Below, in pieces: positions 1 to 8,113 of a stretch of DNA of 64,000 nt (the stretch's first letter is position 1; each line of letters starts with the position of its first letter). This stretch comes from a virus. Below the pieces are notes generated by a model that did not search any database, was not told where the DNA came from, and saw only the letters and a list, made by a program, of their open reading frames with translations. Both the position numbers and the translations under genes were made by a program. Location: positions 14,688 to 78,687 of the IMG/VR virus record IMGVR_UViG_3300021478_000022; one strand, written 5' to 3'.

Positions 1-8
1 GAGCTGGT

Positions 9-239
9 TCACTTCACCCTCCGAATAAGGTACATTTTGACAACTTGGCACGTTACTGGATCAATAAGCAACATCTGGGTTTGCGTAAACCTCTTTCCAT
101 TTCGGCGGTTAACTGTATCGGTAGCCCTCGACGTCGCTGCTGATGCGTGCTTCGGGTAAGCAAAAGGTCCGAGCAATGCCGCTTGGCCAATCGCAAGATC
201 TTTCAAAGGATAGGCTTTCAAGCCTAGTGAATTTCTCAA
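9..239 (-). CDS. hypothetical protein
   Basis: 76-aa ORF, 4-nt overlap with the upstream minus-strand gene. Confidence 0.5.
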   Translation of the reverse strand: MRNSLGLKAYPLKDLAIGQAALLGPFAYPKHASAATSRATDTVNRRNGKRFTQTQMLLIDPVTCQVVKMYLIRRVK

Positions 240-418
240 GCTCCCTCCAGTCGTTCGCGGATCATGTCCGCGTTAGTAGTGGTTTCGGACTCACAACAAC
301 TGCTGCCCTCACCCCAGCTATCCCGGTGCTGCTCATGGTCTTGCCTTGTGACCGGACCATAGCAGACCGGGACCACGGAGCAGGGGCGCAGGCAGTTGAG
401 GCAGTAGGTTTGCTTCAC
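236..418 (-). CDS. small Cys-rich hypothetical protein
   Basis: 60 aa, CxxC, ATGA coupling to the methyltransferase gene. Confidence 0.55.
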   Translation of the reverse strand: MKQTYCLNCLRPCSVVPVCYGPVTRQDHEQHRDSWGEGSSCCESETTTNADMIRERLEGA

Positions 419-1062
419 GATAATAGCTCCATCAAGCGTCGGCCGATCAGTTCCGTATAGGCTGGTGGAATCGCCTGCGCCAGCTCGTCGCAGCTCATCC
501 AGTCAATCCCCATCGCCTCGCGCCACTCAGCCAGGCTATGCCGTCTCAAGTGCGGGTTGCGCCGCTCTGATCCGCCAGTGTGCCCGTAAACCCCTACCAT
601 GCGGCGCGAACGGCAGCCCAGGCAGTAAGGCGCTCCCAGGGCGTCAAATAGCGGCTCATTACACTCGAAAAACCGATGGCGCTTCACTCCCAAACCAAAC
701 ATCGAACCGCACAGCATCACCGCATCCCGCAGCGGAGCCATTCGCACGTTCTCTATCACCCAGGGTGCCGCATAACCCGCCAGCATGTCCCGCGTCCTCT
801 CCACCAGCTCGGGATGCCTGCGCGATCGCCAGCGGCTTTTCAGGGCAGTGTGCGCTTGGCAAGGCGGCGATGCGTGGATCGCGTCATACTCCCGACCATG
901 AGCAGCCAGGTAGGACAGCGCGTCACCCAGGACAAAGGCGAAGGGATAGCGTGGCTGCGGGCGCCTGTCAACGCCCACAACGTCAAACCCGGCGCGGGCG
1001 TACCCCACGGAGCAACCGCCCGCGCCGCAGAACAGGTCAAGTAGCTTTGGCGCCATCTTCAA
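415..1062 (-). CDS. DNA (cytosine-5) methyltransferase, short phage type
   Basis: Motif I LDLFCGAGG, catalytic motif IV SPPCQ, motif VI ENV, motif VIII RHRFF. Confidence 0.9.
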   Translation of the reverse strand: MKMAPKLLDLFCGAGGCSVGYARAGFDVVGVDRRPQPRYPFAFVLGDALSYLAAHGREYDAIHASPPCQAHTALKSRWRSRRHPELVERTRDMLAGYAAPWVIENVRMAPLRDAVMLCGSMFGLGVKRHRFFECNEPLFDALGAPYCLGCRSRRMVGVYGHTGGSERRNPHLRRHSLAEWREAMGIDWMSCDELAQAIPPAYTELIGRRLMELLS

Positions 1063-1294
1063 TCATCGCCTTGAATTGCTGGGCCAGTGCCAGAGTGTCA
1101 TACACGAACGTCTGACCGTTGCGATTGTCGACCACTGCCCACTGCCCAGGCTCCTCTGCCGTCGCTGGCCGCAGCTCTGCCACGCAATCGCAGGAATCCG
1201 TGGTCTTGTCGCACTGGTCGCATATCCAATCGCTGCGGGCATTGTCGTAATGGCTGCTCATTTGTGCGGCCCTTTCATCTTCCAGGCTATCCAC
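1037..1294 (-). CDS. hypothetical protein
   Basis: ORF in a tight operon, CxxC/CxC; start uncertain (may be 1261). Confidence 0.5.
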   Translation of the reverse strand: MDSLEDERAAQMSSHYDNARSDWICDQCDKTTDSCDCVAELRPATAEEPGQWAVVDNRNGQTFVYDTLALAQQFKAMIEDGAKAT

Positions 1295-1440
1295 CGTACA
1301 CGATAAGGCGATTCACCATCACACCACGTTTCGAGACTCAGCAGCGGTCCCGGTGCCCCAGTGGGATTGAGCCAAGCGCAGAGGGACGGTAAGAGACCGT
1401 CTATCACTCCGGGGAGGATCCAGGTCAGGATGTTACGCAT
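1258..1440 (-). CDS. hypothetical protein
   Basis: 60 aa, AAGGA RBS, fills the gap after the clamp-like gene. Confidence 0.45.
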   Translation of the reverse strand: MRNILTWILPGVIDGLLPSLCAWLNPTGAPGPLLSLETWCDGESPYRVRWIAWKMKGPHK

Positions 1441-1443
1441 GGG

Positions 1444-2094
1444 TCAATCCTTGCTCAGCGGCACGATCAAGCCGCTGAACGTCTGGCCGTTGCCCGCATC
1501 CTTCGCGTCGAGGCGAATCGGCTTCATGCCATTCGCATCGTAAAAAGACAACGTGACGGGCGCGTGGTCTTTGTCCTCGCTAAACCCCGCCGCGATGCCC
1601 AGCAGTTCCGCCAGCATCTTGGCATTGATCCGAACCGTCATGGTCGGCGAACCCTTGGGGAACACTTCGTCAGTCGACGGCCAGCGCCCTTCCAAGTTCA
1701 AGATCGGTCCCACGACGCTGGCGCTTTCCAGGTTCGTCGATCCCATCGCGGATTCCTTGTCGCTGAGCTGGACGGCCACGCTTTTCAGGATCGGCCGCGC
1801 GTGCGCCTTGATCTTCTTGGCCGCTGCTTGCGCCTCACAGAAAGCCTTGACCGGAAGGATAGCGGCTTTCGCGCTGTTGGGCGCCGCTTCAATGGCGGGA
1901 ATGCTGGGATAGTCGTCCGCGCTCCCAGGGCAAACCCCGTCGACGCGAGCGAGGACTCGCCCGTTAGTTGCTTCCACGCGATACGATCCCCCTTCCAACT
2001 CGCTCACGCGGATACCCGCCGTTCCCCCGAAGCGTGCATTTTCCTCGTTGACCACTTTCGTAACCGCCGCCAGATTGCTGTGGATCAGAAACAT
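1444..2094 (-). CDS. DNA polymerase III beta-clamp-like protein (two domains)
   Basis: VEATNGRVLA (cf. VATDGHRL), GRWPSTDEVFP (cf. GxFPdyxxViP), INAKML (cf. FNxxYL); 216 aa. Confidence 0.65.
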   Translation of the reverse strand: MFLIHSNLAAVTKVVNEENARFGGTAGIRVSELEGGSYRVEATNGRVLARVDGVCPGSADDYPSIPAIEAAPNSAKAAILPVKAFCEAQAAAKKIKAHARPILKSVAVQLSDKESAMGSTNLESASVVGPILNLEGRWPSTDEVFPKGSPTMTVRINAKMLAELLGIAAGFSEDKDHAPVTLSFYDANGMKPIRLDAKDAGNGQTFSGLIVPLSKD

Positions 2095-2126
2095 GCCAGG
2101 TCCCTTTCATTGGGCGATGCCAGGTC
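2094..2126 (-). repeat. repeated translation-leader motifs: GACCTGGCATCGCCCAA (also 4058-4074) and GAAAGGGACCTGGCA (also 2369-2383)
   Basis: Exact 17-bp and 15-bp duplicates, each close upstream of a start codon. Confidence 0.8.
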
Positions 2127-2188
2127 AGAGCGGTAAGTCCGCTCTCAACTCCACCGAATATCGCATCGGTAGCACCGCGCCGCGACGG

Positions 2189-2368
2189 TCATGCACCATG
2201 AGGCCGATAATCGCGCTGGTAGTCAGCGGCGTTGTACTCGCAGGCGGCGCATTCGACGTTCAGCCCATTCGCGGTCGCGTGACAGTGGTACTGGCAAAAG
2301 CGCTCACCGCACGTTTTGCACGTCCACAATTCGCCTTCGCATTCGTCAGTATCGAAGTAGCATCCCAT
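2189..2368 (-). CDS. small Zn-finger-like protein
   Basis: ATG at 2368 follows the repeated leader; CxxC...CxxHxH...CxxC. Confidence 0.55.
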   Translation of the reverse strand: MGCYFDTDECEGELWTCKTCGERFCQYHCHATANGLNVECAACEYNAADYQRDYRPHGA

Positions 2369-2385
2369 TGCCAGGTCCCTTTCGC

Positions 2386-2613
2386 TCACAGTGAAGGAAA
2401 AACACATGTCACGACGTACAGCACCGCGATTGCTCCACCCAGGATAACCGGAGAGGCAATCTGCCAAGCTAATTGGCCCCAAGAAAGCCTCGCAGGCGCC
2501 ACAATGGCTATTGAGTCGCTGATAGGCGTCCAAAGCGGCTGGCGCCCCATGCCAGTCAATCTGTGGGCAGGTCTCAGCGTATCTTGGGGTAGGTTTCGCC
2601 ATTCAGTGTTCAT
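2386..2613 (-). CDS. small membrane protein
   Basis: GGAG RBS, C-terminal hydrophobic helix. Confidence 0.5.
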   Translation of the reverse strand: MNTEWRNLPQDTLRPAHRLTGMGRQPLWTPISDSIAIVAPARLSWGQLAWQIASPVILGGAIAVLYVVTCVFPSL

Positions 2614-2633
2614 AGGTATTACTCCGTTTGAAC

Positions 2634-2660
2634 AAAAACCGCGCTGCTGGGCCAGCGCGG
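2634..2660 (-). terminator. intrinsic terminator
   Basis: CCGCGCTG-GCCCAG-CAGCGCGG followed by TTTTT, just after the DUF932 stop. Confidence 0.75.
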
Positions 2661-2671
2661 CTTGCGACGTG

Positions 2672-3763
2672 TCAAGACACCATGTCCATCAACTTGCCTG
2701 CCTTCGTTTCCAGGGCAATGCGATCATCGGTGTGCGGAACGGAGCGGGCATAAGCGGTAATGCCGTTGACGATATCCCACACTGACCGCGCCTGCCCTTC
2801 CTCCGCCGTCGCCGTCTGTACGCTGGCCACTGCCTGCGCCTTCGTAAAGCCGCGCGACTGTAGCCAACCCTCCACGGTGTCGCCCTTGCCGACGTTCAAG
2901 GGGATTTCAGCATTCTTGGCCGCAGTGATCTGCGCGGCCACTTTCGCCGTTCCTTCGTCGCCATACTGGCGCAAGTACTTCTCGCCCTCATAAGCGAACC
3001 GCTCGGGGGCTCCGCCAGTGTGCCGGATACGCAATTCCTTGATATCCGTCGCGCCCCACACAATGCGGTTGTCGCAAATGTAGCGGTACAGGAACGTGGT
3101 AAGCCCAAACACCGCTGATCCGACTTCGCTATTCCAGGTATAGAACCCTCGGAAGAGCTGCTCGCCAGCGACTTCAATCGGGTTCTTGGGGTCGACCAGG
3201 AAGATAAACACGTCCCGGTCGGAAGCGTACAGCGTCGTGGCGCGCTTGGGGTTAGTCGTTGTGTAGCTCGCCGCCGGAATCTGCCAGCGGCCGTCGCCGT
3301 TGACCTTCTCCACCGCTTCCACTACCTGATGATCCCAGATGCGCCCGTAGCTGGTCGACGTCATGGCACGCAATTCATTGCTGCCATTGGAGCGCGCCAG
3401 CACCAGCGCATCCTCGCGCTGGGCATTCTTTTCCAGGCCCCATTGCAGATTGATCGCCGCCAGTTCGGCAGGCAGCTTGCGCAGATAGCTTGCCGGTGCG
3501 CCAGCGTATCCCGCAAGCTGGGAGAATGACCAGTTCGACGGGGTGAGACTGCGCCGCTCGCCGTGGGACGGATCGTAAACCTCAACCGCCAGGTCATTGT
3601 CGCCTTGCGGCAGAACGCGCATATCGGCCGCAAGCGGCGTCGCCGTCCATGACTCATGTTTGCGCTGTAGCACGTTTGCCTTGAGATCGGCCAGCGTCAG
3701 AAAGCGCTGATCATCAGGCCGACTTGCCCACTGCCGCGACGCAACCACAAGATTCTCAGACAT
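2672..3763 (-). CDS. DUF932-family protein
   Basis: N-terminus ASRQWASRPDDQRF, TLYASDRDVFIF, WNSEVG, CDNRIVWG, IRHT; start reassigned to MSENL at 3763. Confidence 0.8.
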   Translation of the reverse strand: MSENLVVASRQWASRPDDQRFLTLADLKANVLQRKHESWTATPLAADMRVLPQGDNDLAVEVYDPSHGERRSLTPSNWSFSQLAGYAGAPASYLRKLPAELAAINLQWGLEKNAQREDALVLARSNGSNELRAMTSTSYGRIWDHQVVEAVEKVNGDGRWQIPAASYTTTNPKRATTLYASDRDVFIFLVDPKNPIEVAGEQLFRGFYTWNSEVGSAVFGLTTFLYRYICDNRIVWGATDIKELRIRHTGGAPERFAYEGEKYLRQYGDEGTAKVAAQITAAKNAEIPLNVGKGDTVEGWLQSRGFTKAQAVASVQTATAEEGQARSVWDIVNGITAYARSVPHTDDRIALETKAGKLMDMVS

Positions 3764-3869
3764 GGTAGACTTTCTGCCCGCGTACAAAGCCCTCGGGCCG
3801 GCATAGGTAAATGGCGAAGTTAACTCCCAAGTTAAACCCGGCGCGCTGGGCCGCGCCGGGCACCACAGG

Positions 3870-4043
3870 TCACACGATCCGGTTGCTACCAGCCTTCTTG
3901 CAGGTGTCAATACGACGCATCCCCTGCGCGTCGAAAGCGCGGTCGAGCGCTTCCTCGCGCGAGTTGGCCGCAACGTAGGTTGTCACCTTGCGTTCGGTCC
4001 CATCGTTCCGCAGCATGATGCCAGTTGCCTTGTAACGGTACAT
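3870..4043 (-). CDS. 57-aa hypothetical protein (below the ORF-track cutoff)
   Basis: MYRYKATGIMLRNDGTERKV...RIV, GGGAG RBS, first gene after the sigma54-like site. Confidence 0.6.
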   Translation of the reverse strand: MYRYKATGIMLRNDGTERKVTTYVAANSREEALDRAFDAQGMRRIDTCKKAGSNRIV

Positions 4044-4094
4044 CGTTCATTCTCCCTTTGGGCGATGCCAGGTCTCAACACGGCGGGGAGATAA

Positions 4095-4110
4095 TGCAAC
4101 CCCTATGCCA
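4095..4110 (-). promoter_or_regulatory. sigma54-type (-24/-12) promoter candidate
   Basis: TGGCATAGGGGTTGCA: GG-N10-GC, close to the consensus TGGCACN5TTGC. Confidence 0.55.
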
Positions 4111-4207
4111 TAATGCACGCTGAGTCGCATTATGGTCAGAAGTTACAAGGTGATATAGACTTGAGATTAAACCGTTGTCTTGTGCTGGTGTGCCAAGCTA
4201 GGTGAAC

Positions 4208-4266
4208 TGGTAGAAAACTTGCCCAGCGCTGGCAGAAAAGTTACCCGGCTGGCAAGTTTTCTGCCA
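4208..4266. repeat. three 16-bp repeats TGGYAGAAAASTTRCC (two direct, one inverted)
   Basis: 4208-4223 (+), 4230-4245 (+), 4251-4266 (-); 22 and 21 bp spacing. Confidence 0.8.
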
Positions 4267-4453
4267 CACTCACGCGCGTATACTTCCCCCGTCGTGGACG
4301 CAAGGCGATGCAATCCAGGTCGGCCGCGCGTACGATCCTCCGTCCGCCGATCATGGTGTAGGGGAGCAGCTCATTCTCACAGAGGCGCCATACCTGTGAC
4401 CGCGACAGACCACAGCGCGCCGCTACCTGCCCCGTCGTGAGCAGCTCATCCAC
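4241..4453 (-). CDS. helix-turn-helix DNA-binding protein (HTH_17/excisionase-like)
   Basis: LLTTGQVAARCGLSRSQVWRLC...GGRRIVRAADL. Confidence 0.8.
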   Translation of the reverse strand: MDELLTTGQVAARCGLSRSQVWRLCENELLPYTMIGGRRIVRAADLDCIALRPRRGKYTRVSVAENLPAG

Positions 4454-4619
4454 CTTGCGACTCCTTCTTAGCCTTCGCCTCTCCCCCTTTGCGTGCGATG
4501 TCGCTACGCTGGCCCTTCGTCAGCGCGCGGGCGCGAGCCGGCCCGCCCTTCTTGCCACCCTTTGCCCCCAGCAGCTTCGCCGCTGCCGCCAGGGCTCCCT
4601 CTTTGCTTCGCTTCGGCAT
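4446..4619 (-). CDS. 57-aa basic KGG-motif protein
   Basis: MPKRSKEGALAAAAKLLGAKGGKKGGPARARALTKGQRSDIARKGGEAK; AGGAG RBS; not in the ORF track. Confidence 0.7.
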   Translation of the reverse strand: MPKRSKEGALAAAAKLLGAKGGKKGGPARARALTKGQRSDIARKGGEAKAKKESQGG

Positions 4620-4691
4620 GGTGTCTCCTTATAGCGTGGTTCTGCTTGAGCGCTCTTACGATGCCCTCGCATTATAGACTGGGGAGATTGC

Positions 4692-4719
4692 TTGACCGTT
4701 CAAAAAACTCCCCTAAAAT
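4692..4719 (+). promoter_or_regulatory. sigma70-type promoter candidate overlapping a GGGGAG...CTCCCC inverted repeat
   Basis: TTGACC-16-TAAAAT upstream of the 4781 gene; a minus-strand TATAAT at 4671-4676. Confidence 0.5.
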
Positions 4720-4780
4720 AAAAATGCCCTGAACGGGTTGCGTCCGCTCAGAGCACACACCACAACGGGAGATATCCGTC

Positions 4781-5299
4781 ATGGCTACGGGCAATTCTAT
4801 CGAAGGGTTTGTCTACTTCGTTCTTTCTGACGCTGGTTATTACAAAATCGGCAAGGCTCGCAATTGTCAGCAGAGGTTCATGAACCTTCAAGCAAGCACC
4901 ACTATGGCACTGCGTATTGTCCACCAAATCGCCAGCAACGACGCGCTTTGGCTCGAAGCAAAATTCCACAGGTTCTTCGCATCCAAAAGACTCAAAGGTG
5001 AATGGTTCGACCTCAGCAGCGAGGACTTGGCGGCAGTGAAGACAATGAGGCACCATGACCGATTGCTGACTCACTCCAGAGACTTCGATGAAACAGAGTG
5101 GGGCGACACAGAGCCGATAGGCAACCATGCGGCCGCGCTGGGCAAGCGTGGCGGACTGAAAGGTGGCCCCGCCCGTGCTGCCATGCTGACTCCTGAGCAA
5201 CGGTCGGAAATAGCTCGCAAGGGCGGACTGGCGCGAGCCAAGAAGTTGAGCACTTCTTTCCCTCCGCCTAGCTCGGACTTGATGCCACCACGAACGTGA
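4781..5299 (+). CDS. GIY-YIG (T5orf172/Mug113-like) domain fused to a KGG-motif tail
   Basis: GFVYF...YYKIGKA...LEAKFHRFF..KRLKGEWFDL; C-terminal LGKRGGLKGGPARAAMLTPEQRSEIARKGG. Confidence 0.8.
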   Translation: MATGNSIEGFVYFVLSDAGYYKIGKARNCQQRFMNLQASTTMALRIVHQIASNDALWLEAKFHRFFASKRLKGEWFDLSSEDLAAVKTMRHHDRLLTHSRDFDETEWGDTEPIGNHAAALGKRGGLKGGPARAAMLTPEQRSEIARKGGLARAKKLSTSFPPPSSDLMPPRT

Positions 5300-5582
5300 T
5301 GGGTTTGCTGACTTGCGTGAGTCCGGTCGAGTCGGTCGCCTTCCAGGCCCTGACCCATTGGCCAGCCGGCGCCGCCACCGTCCACGCCACCCGTGCCACC
5401 CCGTCCGCACCGATGGTCGCAGGGTAGGTATAGCTGTTCCCCTGCGAGTCGGTCATCAGCAGGCTGGCCAAGCCGCCCGCGAGGTTCCACGCTAGACCGT
5501 TCAGGTAGCCCAGGTGCACGAAGGTCTCGACACTGCCGATAGTGAGCGGCGCCAGTCCAGTAGTGACCAGGCCGACTTGCAT
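5268..5582 (-). CDS. hypothetical beta-rich protein
   Basis: 104 aa with an Ig-like pattern; preceded by a 30-aa ORF at 5582-5674 (MASSSSAS...). Confidence 0.55.
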   Translation of the reverse strand: MQVGLVTTGLAPLTIGSVETFVHLGYLNGLAWNLAGGLASLLMTDSQGNSYTYPATIGADGVARVAWTVAAPAGQWVRAWKATDSTGLTQVSKPITFVVASSPS

Positions 5583-5673
5583 CAGGGATACCTCACCACG
5601 TCCACGACCTGACTCAGGTAGTACACCGTGTCCACGATGGGATTGCCCACACTGGCCGATGAGGATGATGCCA

Positions 5674-5886
5674 TCAGTCTTTCACCTCTTGGCACACCAC
5701 CGTGACGTAGTTGCCCGCCGCTTCGAGGGTGTGCTTCAGGGCCAGGATTTCCTTCTCAAGGAGCACGTCTAAGACCTCCAAGCCGGTTACCGTGTTCCTC
5801 CCCGTCTGCGGCTCGTGCACGAAGATGCTCGTCTTGCCGCTGGGCAGCTTCCTGGCGATGATCCGTGTCTCGGGCTTCTGTTTCAC
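5674..5886 (-). CDS. hypothetical protein
   Basis: 70 aa, AGGAG RBS. Confidence 0.5.
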   Translation of the reverse strand: MKQKPETRIIARKLPSGKTSIFVHEPQTGRNTVTGLEVLDVLLEKEILALKHTLEAAGNYVTVVCQEVKD

Positions 5887-6000
5887 GTTGGCTCCTGCAC
5901 TGACTGCGGCACTGGATGACCTTGCCGCGAATGTAGAACATCTGGGTCATTTGCACCGCTGTCATGCCTTCGTCGGTGCGTCCGCAGAGGTCGCAGTGAA

Positions 6001-6294
6001 TCATCGCAGTTTAACCTTGGGCCTTCGGTGGCACACTGGTGCAGTTTCTGGTTCTTCCTCAGCTTCGTCTAGGTGCCCTTCCTCAGCAGCGCAACACTCG
6101 CAAATGATGAGTGGCCGATTGTCGCCGTATTCATCCGACGTCCTCTTGTACGAGTTGAGTCCTTCCATCAATTCGATCACCGCGCCGCATCCGTTCTCGC
6201 AGTAGATGGGCGCGAAGAACTCTGGGTGAGCGTACATCAATTCGTGCATTCGCCTGCTCATCGTCCCCTCCACCAGCGCCACAGCCGGCGCCAC
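6001..6294 (-). CDS. hypothetical Cys-rich protein
   Basis: ORF in operon; start may be near 6261. Confidence 0.45.
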   Translation of the reverse strand: MAPAVALVEGTMSRRMHELMYAHPEFFAPIYCENGCGAVIELMEGLNSYKRTSDEYGDNRPLIICECCAAEEGHLDEAEEEPETAPVCHRRPKVKLR

Positions 6295-6406
6295 CAGCGA
6301 CTATGGGCCTTGTGCTGGGCCAGCATCCGCTTCGTGTCCTCGTTGAGCAACAGGACAGTGCCCTTGCCTATCTGCACTGTCTTGGGGGGCTGGCGCTTGA
6401 AGAACA

Positions 6407-7774
6407 TCACTTGTTCTCGTTGTCGACAATCGTGTCCACGATGGACAGTTCCAGGTCGCTACAGTGGGCCGGGAACGGGCTCTCCGGTGAAAACCGCACG
6501 TCCTTCACCAGATCGTCACCAGGCACCCGCTGGCCCGCATATTCCGGCCCCTTCGTCAGCACGTCCGGCTGCAACATGCGGATGGCCTCGATGGGTTCTT
6601 GAGCGCTGAACGTGACCACCCAGTCCACCGCTTCCATGCTCTCCAGTATCTGCACCCGCTCTCCCTCCGACAACACAAAATCCGCAGGGCGCAGTGACCG
6701 TGCCGATTCGTCTGAGTTCACCCCCACCACCAGCACGTCCCCCTGCTGCTTCGCCCAGCGCATCAGCCACGCATGTCCCGCATGGGCGCCCAGCCTGAAC
6801 ACCCCATTGGTGAACACGATGCGCTTACCCGGTAGGGACTCGCGCAGGTGGCGCAGGTCGGTGAAGTCGATGCGCTTGCTGCCGGTCATGTCCTTGCGGA
6901 CCTCGAATGGGTATGGCGGTCGATTGTGCTGGTGCTGCACGTAACAACGTCCTGCTGCGTGGGCCACCTGTGCGGCTTCTCCAAGTCCCAACCCGTGCGC
7001 TAGCCCAAGGACCAAATGCGCTGCGAAGCAATCGCCTGCCCCCACGTGGTTCCTGCAATGCACCGGCCCCGTCACAACAGGCTCAACAGTCCAGACGGAA
7101 TCGTCAGGCCAATGAATCGTCGGCACAAGTCCACCATGCGTCACGACACGTCGAATACCAAGCGTCTCCTTGTGGCAATCGTATTCACCATTGCACTTCA
7201 AGAGTGCCCCGTCGTATGTGATCGGCTTCTGCTTTGCGTCCGCCACCACAGGCATGCGCTGCACTGTGCATTCAGCGATGATGCGCTTTATCGTGTCGCG
7301 GTCCAAGAACCCCTTGTCGTAGTCCGAGATCAGCACCGCATCGAACCCCATCGTCCGCACGGCCTTCACGGTCAGGTCACGGATTTCGGTGAGTTCGGCA
7401 GTGGCCAATCCGTAGTTGGCTGACTCGTGGTCCCTCCGGAACACGATGCGGCCTGTTGCATCGTCGATGTAGCGGGTCTTGCGAATGTAATCGCGCGTGT
7501 GGTGGCAAAGACTGGCATCGAAAGCGGCGGGGTGCGAGCCGCGATGCCAAGACGCAATCAGGAAGGCATCCGCATTCCAGTGTGCCAACTGATGAGCAGC
7601 ATTCGCGGCACCACCCGGACAAACCGCCGACCGAGAAGCGATAAACTTCTGGCAGCCATCCTGAGATGGCTCAAGGCGACCGTGATAATACTCATCAACC
7701 ATCGCGTCGCCGATGACAGCGATCTTGAGCCGCTTCGCCCGGTCCCTCTCGGTCAGCTTCTGCACTGCGTCCAT
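6407..7774 (-). CDS. hldE: bifunctional heptose-7-phosphate kinase / heptose-1-phosphate adenylyltransferase (HldE/RfaE)
   Basis: PfkB domain (IAVIGDAMVDEY, PGGAAN, ISDYDKG, GAGD) fused to a nucleotidyltransferase domain (IVFTNGVF..HAGH, GDVLVVGVNSD, LQPDVLTKG). Confidence 0.9.
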   Translation of the reverse strand: MDAVQKLTERDRAKRLKIAVIGDAMVDEYYHGRLEPSQDGCQKFIASRSAVCPGGAANAAHQLAHWNADAFLIASWHRGSHPAAFDASLCHHTRDYIRKTRYIDDATGRIVFRRDHESANYGLATAELTEIRDLTVKAVRTMGFDAVLISDYDKGFLDRDTIKRIIAECTVQRMPVVADAKQKPITYDGALLKCNGEYDCHKETLGIRRVVTHGGLVPTIHWPDDSVWTVEPVVTGPVHCRNHVGAGDCFAAHLVLGLAHGLGLGEAAQVAHAAGRCYVQHQHNRPPYPFEVRKDMTGSKRIDFTDLRHLRESLPGKRIVFTNGVFRLGAHAGHAWLMRWAKQQGDVLVVGVNSDESARSLRPADFVLSEGERVQILESMEAVDWVVTFSAQEPIEAIRMLQPDVLTKGPEYAGQRVPGDDLVKDVRFSPESPFPAHCSDLELSIVDTIVDNENK

Positions 7775-7944
7775 TCTTCCTCCCTCTCGGCTCGCTCACG
7801 ACACTCACTGTGCTCCCCCTGCTGCACGCGCAGCCGGGGCAATGGTACATCAGGGGGCCAGTCCATCTGCTGCTCGGACAGGCCGATCACACGCTTGCAG
7901 TAGCGGCAGACGATCTTAACCCGCAGTGTTGCCGTTGGGCCCAT
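7753..7944 (-). CDS. hypothetical protein (CxxC)
   Basis: 63 aa, overlapping neighbours. Confidence 0.45.
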   Translation of the reverse strand: MGPTATLRVKIVCRYCKRVIGLSEQQMDWPPDVPLPRLRVQQGEHSECRERAEREEEWTQCRS

Positions 7945-8113
7945 ACTTGTCCTCCGGGATGTCTGCCGTCATTTCCAGTTTCCACCGCTTCACCACCCGC
8001 CTGCCGTCCACGTACAGCACCGGGAAAGACAGGCCGTCCTTGCCGATGCAGAACATCAGCGAGTAGTGGTGCATCTCACGCTGGAGGATCGGATGGCCGT
8101 CAACGGTTAGCAT
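7916..8113 (-). CDS. hypothetical protein
   Basis: 65 aa, overlapping neighbours. Confidence 0.45.
   Translation of the reverse strand: MLTVDGHPILQREMHHYSLMFCIGKDGLSFPVLYVDGRRVVKRWKLEMTADIPEDKYGPNGNTAG

Noticed and set aside
2189-2602. 137-aa ORF as a single gene
   Set aside because: Better explained as 2386-2613 plus 2189-2368, each with its own RBS or leader
3764-3973. N-terminal extension of the DUF932 ORF in the track
   Set aside because: It overlaps a hairpin and a separate 57-aa ORF; family-like sequence starts at 3763
4208-4266. Three repeats as a mini-CRISPR array
   Set aside because: 16-bp units with 5-6 bp gaps and mixed orientation; no cas genes
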